Of a stretch of 64,000 bases of DNA, positions 47,680 through 57,213 are shown piece after piece. The notes beneath the pieces are model-generated. The model ran no database searches and was not told the DNA's origin. It was given only the letters and a program-made list of their open reading frames with translations. Every line of letters starts with the position of its first letter. Positions within the stretch are counted from its first letter, which is position 1. The position numbers and the translations under genes are program-made. Origin of the DNA: a virus. The DNA lies in IMG/VR virus record IMGVR_UViG_3300021171_000004, positions 31,524-95,523 of that record. One strand, written 5' to 3'.

Positions 47680-48147
47680 ATGGCTGATTTGAAGGATTCT
47701 GGGACTCGCCAGGAATTCAAAACTGGGGCTGTGCGTGATACCGCAGGAAATAAACCCCTGCTCGAACTCATCCCAGAATGGGCCTCGCTCGCGTACGGAT
47801 GGGTGCTCGAAGCGGGCATGAGAAAATATTCCGCCCGCAATTGGGAAAAAGGGATGCCGATCTCCCGGTATATTTCTTCTGCAAAGCGGCATCTTGCGGC
47901 CTACTCTCTCGGTTTTCGGGATGAACCCCATCTTTGGCAGGCTTTTTGGAATATCGGCGGGGCGATACACACGCAAATTTTGGTGTATTTAGGGGTTTAT
48001 CCGGCAGAATTTTATGATTTACCGAACCACATAGGAAAAGAGCAGGCACCGATTTTATCTGAATTCGAGCGCGAACGAATCGATGCGATGATTAAGAGTT
48101 CGAAGGATTCGAATCCGCAACGACCTTCTGGCGGTTGCGTGAGTTAG
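47680..48147 (+). CDS. DUF5664 dATP/dGTP diphosphohydrolase-like protein
   Basis: 'DSGTRQEFKTGAVRD..K..ELIP', 'G..KYSARNWEKG', 'RHL', 'EPHL'. Confidence 0.75.
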   Translation: MADLKDSGTRQEFKTGAVRDTAGNKPLLELIPEWASLAYGWVLEAGMRKYSARNWEKGMPISRYISSAKRHLAAYSLGFRDEPHLWQAFWNIGGAIHTQILVYLGVYPAEFYDLPNHIGKEQAPILSEFERERIDAMIKSSKDSNPQRPSGGCVS

Positions 48148-48328
48148 TTCTGAAAATAATCTCTTCGTTCGATTTTCCTTCTTTACATCCACACTTACCC
48201 CAATCGTAGCTGCAACCGTTTTTACCGTGCGCCCAGTTCGAGTGTCCGCAAACTAAACAATTTTTGTTTCCGTATTCGTTCAGCAAATCCATAGCTTTTT
48301 CACGTCCCAAATCTTCCAGCCTGCTCAT
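48092..48328 (-). CDS. Small Cys-rich hypothetical protein
   Basis: Coupled to the polymerase stop; CLVCGH...C...CGC. Confidence 0.5.
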   Translation of the reverse strand: MSRLEDLGREKAMDLLNEYGNKNCLVCGHSNWAHGKNGCSYDWGKCGCKEGKSNEEIIFRTNSRNRQKVVADSNPSNS

Positions 48329-50592
48329 CCCTTTTTATACACCTTTCCCTCCCAACCTTCCGCCGCAAGCAACAATCCCGGCGCATACTCCGGCACGAAC
48401 TCCATACAAAACTTCAAATCCGACAGTCCAGGCGCGAACGGATCATCATCCTCTTCGGCTACGGCTTCGTCATGCGCGTGAAACACTAGGTTCATGCCCA
48501 TTTCATCCGCCAAAATCATTCCGTGCGTGAACACATCCCGGCTAAATCCTTGGTCCCCGTTCTCCGTTATTTTTCCCCCGTAGGTGTATACCGATCCCCA
48601 TTTGTTTCCTTTTCCAATTTGGCCCACACCGTGGCCAATCCCATCGTACATAATTTTATCGCGTTCGTACTCTTCTCCGTCTGACTGTCTGCGAGCGATC
48701 TCCGTCTCAACTCGGGCATTTATATAGTGCAAGCCACGTCCAGATGGCAGAATAATCCGCAAAATGAATGTGCCGTCTTTCCGAGCCCGCCGCTGAAAAA
48801 TACACTTTCCAACTTTCACAGTTTGCCCGGTTTTTAGAACTTTCACTGCGGCTTTTTGGTATTGGTCCCACAGTTCCACGACTTCGGGATATGAATCCCG
48901 GAAAGTCTCCCAAGCCAGATAGGATTGCTCCGCAGTGAGTTTTACGCCCATGTTTTTCGCGTAGCCCATCAAGCCAGTCAAAACAATATTACCCTGCCCG
49001 TCATCCTCGGTTTTGGCTTCATAAACAAAAACTGCGTTCGGATGCTGCGAACAGTGTCGCGCGTGCGGGTCTTTTTTATACCGGACCTCTTTTTTGCAAA
49101 CCGCGCAATATCGAACTGCGCCCGGCCCAAGTCCGTACCCGGCTCCAAGAACCGCGGGCTTTGAGGTTTGTCTTTTTTCCGCGGCGTCTTTATCTTTTTC
49201 CTTATACGCCTTTATCAAAATTGCGTACGCGATGTGGTACATTTTCGTGCCGAAATCAATGTACGGATCTCGGCCATCTCGGAAAACTTGCAGGATGGCA
49301 TCGCAGTTCGCCAGCCAGCCGAGCACCCGATTTTCAATTGCGGATAGGTCACACACCACCAGTTTTTTTCCTTCGGGAGCCTGAATCGCAGACCGAATGC
49401 AGGAAGTGGTCATTCCAATAATTGAAGGAAATCCCGGCTGCGGATCGAACCAAGTTTTTATTTCGGCTTCCGTGGCGTCGTAATTTTCGATTCCGAGCGA
49501 AATCAGTTCGAGCGCCCGGTCGTAGTGTTTTTCTATTTCCTTATCCGGACGGGGCAAATTTTGCGGTTGGAAACTTTTGCCTTTTTCACCACCGCCTTTT
49601 CCGGACCAACGGCCCGTGCGAGACGCTCCCATAAAAGAAAAAGCGTGACGCAAACGGTCATCCTCACTGAGCAGGCTCAACAAATTCTCGAATTTCATGT
49701 ACGAAATTTTCGCGGTCTCTTTTCGCAATTCCAGAGCCCGCCGACACAGAGCCGTAATTCCAGAATCCTGTGCCAGAGCCGCTTTCACAAAATTCTTTCC
49801 GAGCGACATATGCGGATATTGCTGCGTCTGCGCCCATTTCAGAAATTGGTCGCGGGAGTTGGGATTCGCGACTTCAGTAATTTCTTTCAATTTCGTGGTG
49901 AGCCGTTTTTTGGATTCCAAGGAGAGCGCCAGAGCGTTTTGTACGAATTTGCGGTTTACAGGAATGCCGCGGTCATTTATTTTTTGGTCGAGGATCCAGG
50001 CGCGGCGTTCGGATTCGGGCAAAGGAATATTCGAAACCAGTTTCAGGATTGCCCGTTCCGCAACCACGTCCTGTTTACAGTAGGAACCGAATAATTCCCA
50101 ATCCCGAGGTTCGTCCTCCCAGTTATGAAACTGTGGCTCTGAGATTCCGAACAAAGTTTCCTCGCCGCCTTTATGGTAGGGCATTGAGAATTTTTTAATG
50201 AGGCGTTTTCCGTCCGCAATCTTGGCGAGATCGGGAGGCAAACCAATAGCCATGCCAGCATCTGCAAGATGGCCGGGCAGCGAAAGGTGTCTAGCCCAGA
50301 CCATCGGATCGACCCAGCGCGAGGTAGGAAGTTCTATTTTTAATGGATATCGGAAAATGAAGCGTTCGAAGGCGGTGTTCCAAGCAACTAACTCCACGTC
50401 CGATTCGAGTGCTTCCTGAACTTCTGGTGGAATTCTGCCGCCATGCGGAAACCAGAGCGCAGGCTCATCGTCATCGAACGCCCACGCAAGCATCAGGGGC
50501 CGCGTGGAAGGATGTTTTGCGTAATTGTCAAGGCCGACTAGTTTTATGTCTGCGACACTAGCTGTTTCGAAGTCGAGGAAGAGTTTGGTCAC
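48325..50592 (-). CDS. Family A DNA polymerase with 3'-5' exonuclease
   Basis: 'LDFET', 'AWNTAFER', 'YCKQDV', 'TGRWSG', motif A 'DLSAIENR', motif B 'RQTSKPAVLGAGYG', motif C 'HAHDE'. Confidence 0.92.
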   Translation of the reverse strand: MTKLFLDFETASVADIKLVGLDNYAKHPSTRPLMLAWAFDDDEPALWFPHGGRIPPEVQEALESDVELVAWNTAFERFIFRYPLKIELPTSRWVDPMVWARHLSLPGHLADAGMAIGLPPDLAKIADGKRLIKKFSMPYHKGGEETLFGISEPQFHNWEDEPRDWELFGSYCKQDVVAERAILKLVSNIPLPESERRAWILDQKINDRGIPVNRKFVQNALALSLESKKRLTTKLKEITEVANPNSRDQFLKWAQTQQYPHMSLGKNFVKAALAQDSGITALCRRALELRKETAKISYMKFENLLSLLSEDDRLRHAFSFMGASRTGRWSGKGGGEKGKSFQPQNLPRPDKEIEKHYDRALELISLGIENYDATEAEIKTWFDPQPGFPSIIGMTTSCIRSAIQAPEGKKLVVCDLSAIENRVLGWLANCDAILQVFRDGRDPYIDFGTKMYHIAYAILIKAYKEKDKDAAEKRQTSKPAVLGAGYGLGPGAVRYCAVCKKEVRYKKDPHARHCSQHPNAVFVYEAKTEDDGQGNIVLTGLMGYAKNMGVKLTAEQSYLAWETFRDSYPEVVELWDQYQKAAVKVLKTGQTVKVGKCIFQRRARKDGTFILRIILPSGRGLHYINARVETEIARRQSDGEEYERDKIMYDGIGHGVGQIGKGNKWGSVYTYGGKITENGDQGFSRDVFTHGMILADEMGMNLVFHAHDEAVAEEDDDPFAPGLSDLKFCMEFVPEYAPGLLLAAEGWEGKVYKKG

Positions 50593-50849
50593 TAGAATCC
50601 GAAAAAGTCTCTGATACGCTCGAAAAATGTAGGTTGGATTTGAGGGTCTGAAACGACAGTGGACAGTTGGTTTATCAGGTCCGCCAAAATCGGGAGATTC
50701 GCTCGCGCAATTGTCATACTCGCTTTATCTCCGTCTGATGTGGTCCACACCGATCCATGTACTCCATCTAAATCCACAAAAACATTTTCCCATCCATGGT
50801 CACGAACGCGGATTGTCACTCCGCAGGGCAATTTCTTAGTCAAATTCAC
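50592..50849 (-). CDS. Hypothetical protein
   Basis: RBS AAGGAG; coupled to the polymerase gene. Confidence 0.6.
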   Translation of the reverse strand: MNLTKKLPCGVTIRVRDHGWENVFVDLDGVHGSVWTTSDGDKASMTIARANLPILADLINQLSTVVSDPQIQPTFFERIRDFFGF

Positions 50850-50862
50850 AGGTTCTCTCCTT

Positions 50863-50877
50863 GTTCACTATGTGAAC
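50863..50877. repeat. Dispersed palindrome (perfect copy)
   Basis: gttcactatgtgaac, adjacent to the RBS of 50592-50849. Confidence 0.85.
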
Positions 50878-51244
50878 AGCGTACGGTTTTGACGCGCACG
50901 AAAAACAAGCAGGCTGATATTCCCCTTTTTCATCCCTGCGTCCGTAGCCCTCTTCTTTGTGGGAGCAGAAATAACAATCTCCGTTTTCGGCGGTCCATTT
51001 AGCGGTCATATTCGTATAATTTTCGGTTTCTCCGTTGGCGCGGGTTCCTGCCTGTAATGCAATTTCTGGTTTTTAGGGGAACCATGGTGTGTTCCATAGT
51101 AATTCCACCCAAGCGAGAAACCTGCGAAAACCAGTAAGAGAAACCCGGCGATTGCTCGAAAATTCATACAACCCCTCCCTGCGGATAATTTCTACTTCTG
51201 GGCCGTCCTCTGCGGGATCGGACTTTTTGCTCATCGTGCGAACA

Positions 51245-51324
51245 ATTCTATCCTATCCCAAAAACCCTGTCAAGCAAAATCTTTTGAAAAAGATGTTGCA
51301 TTTTAGGAAAACCTGTGGTACTAT
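51245..51324. promoter_or_regulatory. Divergent sigma70-like promoter pair
   Basis: Minus: TTGACA-N17-TAGAAT (51273-51245); plus: TTGCAT-N17-TACTAT (51296-51324). Confidence 0.7.
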
Positions 51325-51342
51325 GTTTTCAGGAGGATTGAG

Positions 51343-52326
51343 TTGAGCGAAACCGAAATTACATATTCACAAAGTGAACAGGTCAACGAGCTAGTCGCGG
51401 CCCTCGCAAAAGCCAAGCTGAAGTATGGGGAAGTTGTTAAAAGTAAAGAAAATAAATACACAGGGTCCCTATATGCCGATTTGCAGGATTTGATGAATGC
51501 CGCCGAACGGCCCCTAGCTGAGGAAGGTTTGGTAATCGTTCATTTTCCGCTCGAACGCATCGAGCAAAAGAAGGCCGGAGCCCTAACTAAGCTAATTCAT
51601 GCGTCCGGACAGTTCTTCGGGAATCAGTTCCTTATGCCCGCTACTGGCAAAGCCTCTGGCGGCGCAGAAAAACTGGATGCCCAAACCGTGACAGGCGGCG
51701 TAACTTACGCTAAACGCTGCAATTACGGTGCTTTAGCCGGATTGGTAGGTGAAGCAGACGATGACGGAAACGCCCTGGCGGACAAATCCGACTCTCGACC
51801 CCCAGTTCCGCCGACGAAAGCACCAAAAGCACCCCCCGTAAACCAAGCGAAAGCTAATACAGGTGGGGATCGCCCGAATTCACATAGTGAACAATCGGCG
51901 GTTCCGAAGGCGGTTATTCCTCCGGCAGAGCCCGTAAAGACCCCCACGCCGCAACCAGCAGCCACGCAGACGAACGATCCCAGTTTTAACGATGTTGTGC
52001 CTGTCCAAGCGACTTTTCCCCTAGAATCGCCTGCCAGCACGTCTCAGCCGGATACAAGCGAAAAACCCACAAAATCTCAACTTGATACGTACACAGCCAA
52101 GGTTCGAGACGAAATTCGGCCTGCTCTGGAACGGGCAGGGTTAAAAGCATCGAAAAATGCCACGGTGGGAGCCAAACTCAAAAATTACCTAGTGTCCGCT
52201 TTTGGGACGAACGGGGCCAAGGACCTTACGGACTTGACAATTTCGCAGTGGGATGCTTTTATGAATACATACAACACAACCGATTCTGCTTCGTTCGCGG
52301 CTTTGGTTGAGGGAGGGAATAAGTGA
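51343..52326 (+). CDS. ERF-family ssDNA annealing protein
   Basis: 'NELVAALAKA', 'YADL', 'LIHASGQF', 'TYAKR..ALAGL..DDDGN'. Confidence 0.85.
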   Translation: MSETEITYSQSEQVNELVAALAKAKLKYGEVVKSKENKYTGSLYADLQDLMNAAERPLAEEGLVIVHFPLERIEQKKAGALTKLIHASGQFFGNQFLMPATGKASGGAEKLDAQTVTGGVTYAKRCNYGALAGLVGEADDDGNALADKSDSRPPVPPTKAPKAPPVNQAKANTGGDRPNSHSEQSAVPKAVIPPAEPVKTPTPQPAATQTNDPSFNDVVPVQATFPLESPASTSQPDTSEKPTKSQLDTYTAKVRDEIRPALERAGLKASKNATVGAKLKNYLVSAFGTNGAKDLTDLTISQWDAFMNTYNTTDSASFAALVEGGNK

Positions 52327-52457
52327 GCGAAAATCCACAAAGCGAACCAAAAACCAGAAAGGTTCGGTCGGATAAAGGTGTTCCAAGAGGGAAGTACAAG
52401 CCTCGAACGAAAAAGGATGGCGCAAGTGAAACTGAGAATAAAAAACAGCCCGACTAA
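52323..52457 (+). CDS. Small basic protein with 'RKVRSDKG' motif (44 aa)
   Basis: GTG start overlapping the previous stop; RBS GGAGGG. Confidence 0.5.
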   Translation: MSENPQSEPKTRKVRSDKGVPRGKYKPRTKKDGASETENKKQPD

Positions 52458-52704
52458 GCCGGAGCCAGTTTTTACGCTTCTCCTTGAAGGCGGGGACGAT
52501 GGGGCTCAACTACTCATCGAAGATGAAGCCGGAAATCGCGCGGGTCTCATCCAAATAAACGTGGAAGGCGGACTTCTGGATATTCAAAAATCTCTTCATT
52601 ACGGCAATTTTAAGGGATTTCCTATTCGGCACATAACATTTTTTCCGAACAGTCAATGTCAAAAAAGTTCTGCATCCGTGATTTACGATAGGGAGGTAAG
52701 ATGA
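52417..52704 (+). CDS. Hypothetical protein
   Basis: Coupled to ssb. Confidence 0.5.
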   Translation: MAQVKLRIKNSPTKPEPVFTLLLEGGDDGAQLLIEDEAGNRAGLIQINVEGGLLDIQKSLHYGNFKGFPIRHITFFPNSQCQKSSASVIYDREVR

Positions 52705-53069
52705 ATTCCGTCGCGCTCATCGGGCGTTTAGGCCGCGATCCGGAAACCCGCTATACTACGGGCGGAAAAGCCGTCACGAACTTTTCCATAGCCGTGGATT
52801 ACGGTTTTGGTGACAAAAAAACCACAAGCTGGATCCCAGTGGTCGCGTGGGAAAAGACCGCCGAGCTTGCGCAACAATATTTAGGCAAGGGTTCGCAAGT
52901 CGCGGTCACAGGAAGGTTACAGGAACGTTCGTGGCAGGATAAAGAAGGAAACAAACGGACAGTTCTGGAAGTGATCGCGATTGGCTTGGATTTTTTGACG
53001 AAGGTGGAAAAGAAAAACAGTTCACAAAGTGAACAGCCGGAAATCCCAGACGAAGATATTCCTTTTTAG
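52701..53069 (+). CDS. ssb: Single-stranded DNA-binding protein
   Basis: 'NSVALIGRLGRDPETRY', 'KGSQVAVTGRLQ.RSW', C-terminal 'DIPF'. Confidence 0.95.
   Translation: MNSVALIGRLGRDPETRYTTGGKAVTNFSIAVDYGFGDKKTTSWIPVVAWEKTAELAQQYLGKGSQVAVTGRLQERSWQDKEGNKRTVLEVIAIGLDFLTKVEKKNSSQSEQPEIPDEDIPF
53020..53034. repeat. Dispersed palindrome (perfect copy)
   Basis: gttcacaaagtgaac in the ssb C-terminal linker. Confidence 0.85.
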
Positions 53070-53217
53070 TACGAGTTGCCCGCAAGGTCACTCTCCGCGG
53101 AAGCCGAAGCTCATACCCAAGTGTTCACGGTAAGCGGACAGCGGGCTTATGAAACACCACAGAGAAGGGAAAGCCGCCGCTAACAACTAGGCTTGGCAGT
53201 TCGGAGAGACGAACATT

Positions 53218-53430
53218 ATGCTCAAAAAACTAATCGATCTGTTTTTCCAGTATGAAAAATTGACGATTTACCCAGAAGACCTGCGCACAATTTTGGGCTA
53301 TCAAAAACGACTTGCCCGAAACAGATTGGATAATCCTGATTCGCACGCCGCGCCCGCGAAAAAATATCAACTAATCCGCATCTACAACGGGCAAAAAGAA
53401 AAATTTGAGTACGAGACTCCGTGCAACTAA
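53218..53430 (+). CDS. Hypothetical protein
   Basis: ORF between the structured intergenic region and the helicase. Confidence 0.5.
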   Translation: MLKKLIDLFFQYEKLTIYPEDLRTILGYQKRLARNRLDNPDSHAAPAKKYQLIRIYNGQKEKFEYETPCN

Positions 53431-55133
53431 ATCCAGAACAAATTCAAGCAATTAATTTCCAAGAAGGGGCCGTAAACGTACTCAGCACAGCGGGGGCAGG
53501 GAAAACTACGGTCATCTGCGAAAGGGTACGCAGGCTTTTTCGAGAAGGCGCAACACCAGACGATCTATTGGTGCTCACGTTCACTAAGGAAGCCGCCGAA
53601 AATTTAGAGGTACGCCTGAAACTCAAAATACCAAAAGATCAAAGAGGAGGCTTTCGCACTTTTCACTCATTCTGCTTAAATCTTGTTCGTCGGGAAGCTA
53701 GATACCTGCCGTATGGGCTATCCAGTGAACCTTTTCCAGATGGCCCCGTTCTCTCGAAATTATTGCTTACCGCAATGAAAGAAAACGGAATTCGACGTAA
53801 GCAATTCGAAGAAGTGCGGGCGTATATCTCGAAAAAGAAAAGGGAGCGAATCCCGCCAAACACGATTTTGGACAATGATAACGTTTACGACGATCCGATG
53901 TTTTTTCGAGCATACCAGAAATACGAACAATCCCTTCGAGACGGAGGAATGCTCGACTTCGACGCCATGATCGTGGAGGCGGTTAATATTTTGGAGAATT
54001 ATTCCGGAGTTCGCGACCGTTGGCAGTTTCGGTGGCTTATGGCGGATGAGGGCCAAGACACCGACTCACTTCAGTTTAAATTGCTCCAACTGATTTCCGA
54101 GACGCACAAAAACATTATGGTTGTCGGGGATTTCAATCAATGTATTTATTCCTTCCGCGGTTCGAATCCCGAGAACTTAGTACAATTTGAAAATTGGTTT
54201 CCAGGTGCGCAAACTATTTTGCTTCCCGAGAACTATCGCTCGACCGAAACGATTGTAGCCTATGGAAAAAAGCACGCACCACTGAAAAACGAACTGTCCG
54301 AAACCATGCGAACCCAGAATCCTCTAGGTGTGCCAATTGAATACCGAATGTATCCCGGCCCGTCTGAGGAAGCAGAAGCCACACTTTCCGAGGCCATCAA
54401 AGACCCCGCAGGATCGGCTGTTCTGGCGCGGACAAATAATCAAATTGGAGTGTACGAATCTCTAGCTTTGCAGCACAACATAAAATTCAACTTGCTCGGC
54501 CAAAGCGGTCTCTGGAATAAATCAGAAGTGAATCTCTTGGTGAATTTTGCCGCATTCTGCTCGCAAGATCGCCAGCCAACAAAAAGTTCAGAAGAACAGT
54601 TGCTATCGCATCGAAGGCGAATTCGTAATCTCCCTGCAACCGAAGCCCTGCAAGAGATTATGGGAGTGCTAAATCTAGAAAGTTGGTATGCAAACGATGA
54701 TTACGCAAACGACGAGAATTTTGCAATCAGCAATTTACGAACGGTTGTCGATATCTCAAAAAGATTCCGCACACTTAATGAATTCTTGAATCATGCCCGC
54801 AGAGCCGCCCACGTTCGCAAACACAAAAAAGCTGTTACATTCGGAACAATCCACGCGGCTAAAGGATTGGAGTTCGATCATGTATTCGTAATAGGCGTTC
54901 AGGAGCGAAAACTCCCTCACGAACGAGGCGATTTCGAAGAAGAAAAACGTCTGTTTTACGTGTCCATTTCTCGGCCTGCGAAACGGCTTAGGATTTCTTT
55001 TGCCGGAACTCCGTCGCCATTTATTGTGGACGAATTGACGCCGGAAATTCGCCAGCAACTTCACAAAAACGCACAAACAGTTGAAAAAATTCAAAAACAA
55101 CAGGAGCTATTCCCATCGCTTACCTCTACATAA
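53421..55133 (+). CDS. UvrD/Rep/PcrA SF1 helicase
   Basis: 'AGAGKTT', 'TFHSF', 'DEGQD', 'VGDFNQCIYSFRG', 'NYRS', 'TIHAAKGLEF'. Confidence 0.92.
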   Translation: MQLNPEQIQAINFQEGAVNVLSTAGAGKTTVICERVRRLFREGATPDDLLVLTFTKEAAENLEVRLKLKIPKDQRGGFRTFHSFCLNLVRREARYLPYGLSSEPFPDGPVLSKLLLTAMKENGIRRKQFEEVRAYISKKKRERIPPNTILDNDNVYDDPMFFRAYQKYEQSLRDGGMLDFDAMIVEAVNILENYSGVRDRWQFRWLMADEGQDTDSLQFKLLQLISETHKNIMVVGDFNQCIYSFRGSNPENLVQFENWFPGAQTILLPENYRSTETIVAYGKKHAPLKNELSETMRTQNPLGVPIEYRMYPGPSEEAEATLSEAIKDPAGSAVLARTNNQIGVYESLALQHNIKFNLLGQSGLWNKSEVNLLVNFAAFCSQDRQPTKSSEEQLLSHRRRIRNLPATEALQEIMGVLNLESWYANDDYANDENFAISNLRTVVDISKRFRTLNEFLNHARRAAHVRKHKKAVTFGTIHAAKGLEFDHVFVIGVQERKLPHERGDFEEEKRLFYVSISRPAKRLRISFAGTPSPFIVDELTPEIRQQLHKNAQTVEKIQKQQELFPSLTST

Positions 55134-56281
55134 ATGCCCAAGGCCGCGAGGTCAGAAGCCATTCATATAGCGCCGGATCGCTTTTTCACGAATGCGCCCA
55201 GAAATATAAACTTGCCCGACTCGATGGATGGAAAGAGCGCGAACAAAGAGCTTCGCAGCAATTCGGAATCGCTCTGGAATCCGCCATCAAAACCTACCAC
55301 GAACTTGACCTAGAGGAAGCCCTCAAGGATTTTCGAAATCTCTGGGCCGCCCAGCGTGGACAGGATTTGAAATACACGGCTACGGAACAAAATTGGGAAG
55401 TTCTGGCAAAATCCGGCGAGGAAATGATCCGGCTTTACGACCTGCGCCTGCCGCTTTTTCCGATTGATCCCCGAAATGTAAAATTCCAAATCAAATATTA
55501 CAAGGAACTTTTTCCGGGCGATACAAACCTTTCAGGAATCGAGTTCGTGGCCTATATCGACATGGTGACCAAATCCCGAGCTACTCTGGGCGACAGCATG
55601 ATCGTGGATATTAAAACGTCCGGCAAGGCTTTCGACTCAACGCCCGGAATGCTTTCGTTAGACCAACAGCTACGAAGCTATGCTTGGGTTACGGGCGTTC
55701 CGGACGTGGCGTTTTTGAATTTTATAAAGACGGGCCGAAGCGTAGACCGAGGGGATTACGTCGCGCTTCTGGAAAACCATCCCTCTGGAATCAATGCGGG
55801 CACAGGCATGGTTGTGGCTGCTCTGGATAAAGGCGACGAATTCGCGACAGGCGATCTGGCCTATTTAGTCGCGTCCGAAGCATTAATTGACGACATGAAT
55901 CAGGCGCAGGGCTACAAAAACGGAAAATTGGAACAGACGAACGCAGCCAAAGAACGAAAATTAAACTGGCTCAAAACCTATGCTTTGCGGGTCCCGTTTG
56001 AAACCTTCACAAAACAAAAAATTCAGTTTGTGAACGCACATATCGGCCTGAACGAACAGTTAGAAACTGCCCGCCAGATTGGACAAGACGTAGCGCAAAT
56101 CGTGTATTCTAACCAAGAAAATTTTTGGCCCCTGCAAGGCGGTATCAGATTTCCAAACGATAAATGTGTTCGCTGCCAGTTTCGCGGAAACTGCTTGACA
56201 AATCCGCAGTTAAGAGATACACTAGTATTTCGCTCCGATGAGGAATGGGATGCCCCGCAAGCGGACTCCGAAGAAAACTAA
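55115..56281 (+). CDS. PD-(D/E)XK nuclease (RecB/Cas4-like), probably with a non-canonical ATC start
   Basis: 'HSYS..FHECAQKYKL' N-terminal motif in frame; 'YIDMV..IVDIKTS', 'QLRSY', 'CVRCQFRGNC'. Confidence 0.75.
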   Translation: MAYLYINAQGREVRSHSYSAGSLFHECAQKYKLARLDGWKEREQRASQQFGIALESAIKTYHELDLEEALKDFRNLWAAQRGQDLKYTATEQNWEVLAKSGEEMIRLYDLRLPLFPIDPRNVKFQIKYYKELFPGDTNLSGIEFVAYIDMVTKSRATLGDSMIVDIKTSGKAFDSTPGMLSLDQQLRSYAWVTGVPDVAFLNFIKTGRSVDRGDYVALLENHPSGINAGTGMVVAALDKGDEFATGDLAYLVASEALIDDMNQAQGYKNGKLEQTNAAKERKLNWLKTYALRVPFETFTKQKIQFVNAHIGLNEQLETARQIGQDVAQIVYSNQENFWPLQGGIRFPNDKCVRCQFRGNCLTNPQLRDTLVFRSDEEWDAPQADSEEN

Positions 56282-56384
56282 AATTTGCAACCTCTGCGGC
56301 GGTTCCGGATGGATAGATTTCTACTCCGTCTGGGTAATGTTCAAGTGTGGCCGATGCTTCGGTAGCGGGAAAATGCGTGCCTGA
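56250..56384 (+). CDS. Small DnaJ-type zinc-finger protein (44 aa)
   Basis: CNLCGGSG...CGRCFGSG. Confidence 0.55.
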   Translation: MPRKRTPKKTKICNLCGGSGWIDFYSVWVMFKCGRCFGSGKMRA

Positions 56385-57213
56385 ACTCACCCGATTCGAT
56401 TTCCATGTAAATAGGTTTCTCCATTCAGATGACGTAGAAAGCATGACCGCCGAAGAAGTCGGGCAGTATATTCTTCTGCTTGTCCATTCTTTTCTAAAAG
56501 ATGAAGCCTCCCTCCCAGATGATCCCGCGGTTCTGGCTCGCTACGCCCGAGTGAAAAAAGTCTCCGATTTAGTGATGAAAAAATTCCCTCTCGTGAAAAT
56601 TAACGGGGTCCCGCGGCGGCAGAACGGGCCGCTCTACCAAGAATATTTACGAGCGAAGGCGCGTTCGGAAGGAGGTCGTAAAGCGGTCGCAGAACGGTGG
56701 GAGAACGATAGTAATACGAACGTAATACCACCGCATAACGAATCTAAGCCAGTGGTAGATACCCATACCATACCATACCAATCCATACCAACCCACACCA
56801 CACCCAACCATTCTTCTCTGGGTTCGGGCACATGGAAAACTCTTGCAATTCGATTCCGAGGTGTTCTAGGGAAATTTATTTCCTCTACGAAAACTAACAA
56901 ACAAAAATATTCGGAGTTCTGTTCACAATACGGAGAGGACCGAGTTCTCGAAGTTTTTAACCAATGGGCTGATCAAAACAAAAGTTGGGTAGCCGATAAA
57001 TCCGACGCCTTGTTTTTCTTTTGGAAAGAACTGCCCGACATGGTTGAGGCAGAATCCTCCGCACAAAAAAGCCAGGAGCCGGAAATTCCAGAGGAACAGG
57101 TAGCCGCCGCTATTATGCAGCAATCTTCGGATCGACAAAAAGAAATTGCCCGAGAGTTGGAAGAATTAGCCAACGCGAAAAAATGGGAACAGGACCATAA
57201 GGATGAAATATGA
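56377..57213 (+). CDS. DUF1376/YdaU-like replication initiator
   Basis: 'FHVNRFL..MTAEEVGQYILLL..LPDDPAVLAR'; located upstream of the primase-helicase. Confidence 0.7.
   Translation: MPELTRFDFHVNRFLHSDDVESMTAEEVGQYILLLVHSFLKDEASLPDDPAVLARYARVKKVSDLVMKKFPLVKINGVPRRQNGPLYQEYLRAKARSEGGRKAVAERWENDSNTNVIPPHNESKPVVDTHTIPYQSIPTHTTPNHSSLGSGTWKTLAIRFRGVLGKFISSTKTNKQKYSEFCSQYGEDRVLEVFNQWADQNKSWVADKSDALFFFWKELPDMVEAESSAQKSQEPEIPEEQVAAAIMQQSSDRQKEIARELEELANAKKWEQDHKDEI
56762..56811 (+). repeat. Degenerate (CCAYA)n pentamer tandem repeat inside the initiator gene
   Basis: cccatacca taccatacca atccatacca acccacacca cacccaacca. Confidence 0.7.

Noticed and set aside
47680-50592. 2-aminoadenine (Z) genome system
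   Set aside because: No PurZ-like gene is present in the window; DUF5664 plus PolA alone is insufficient.
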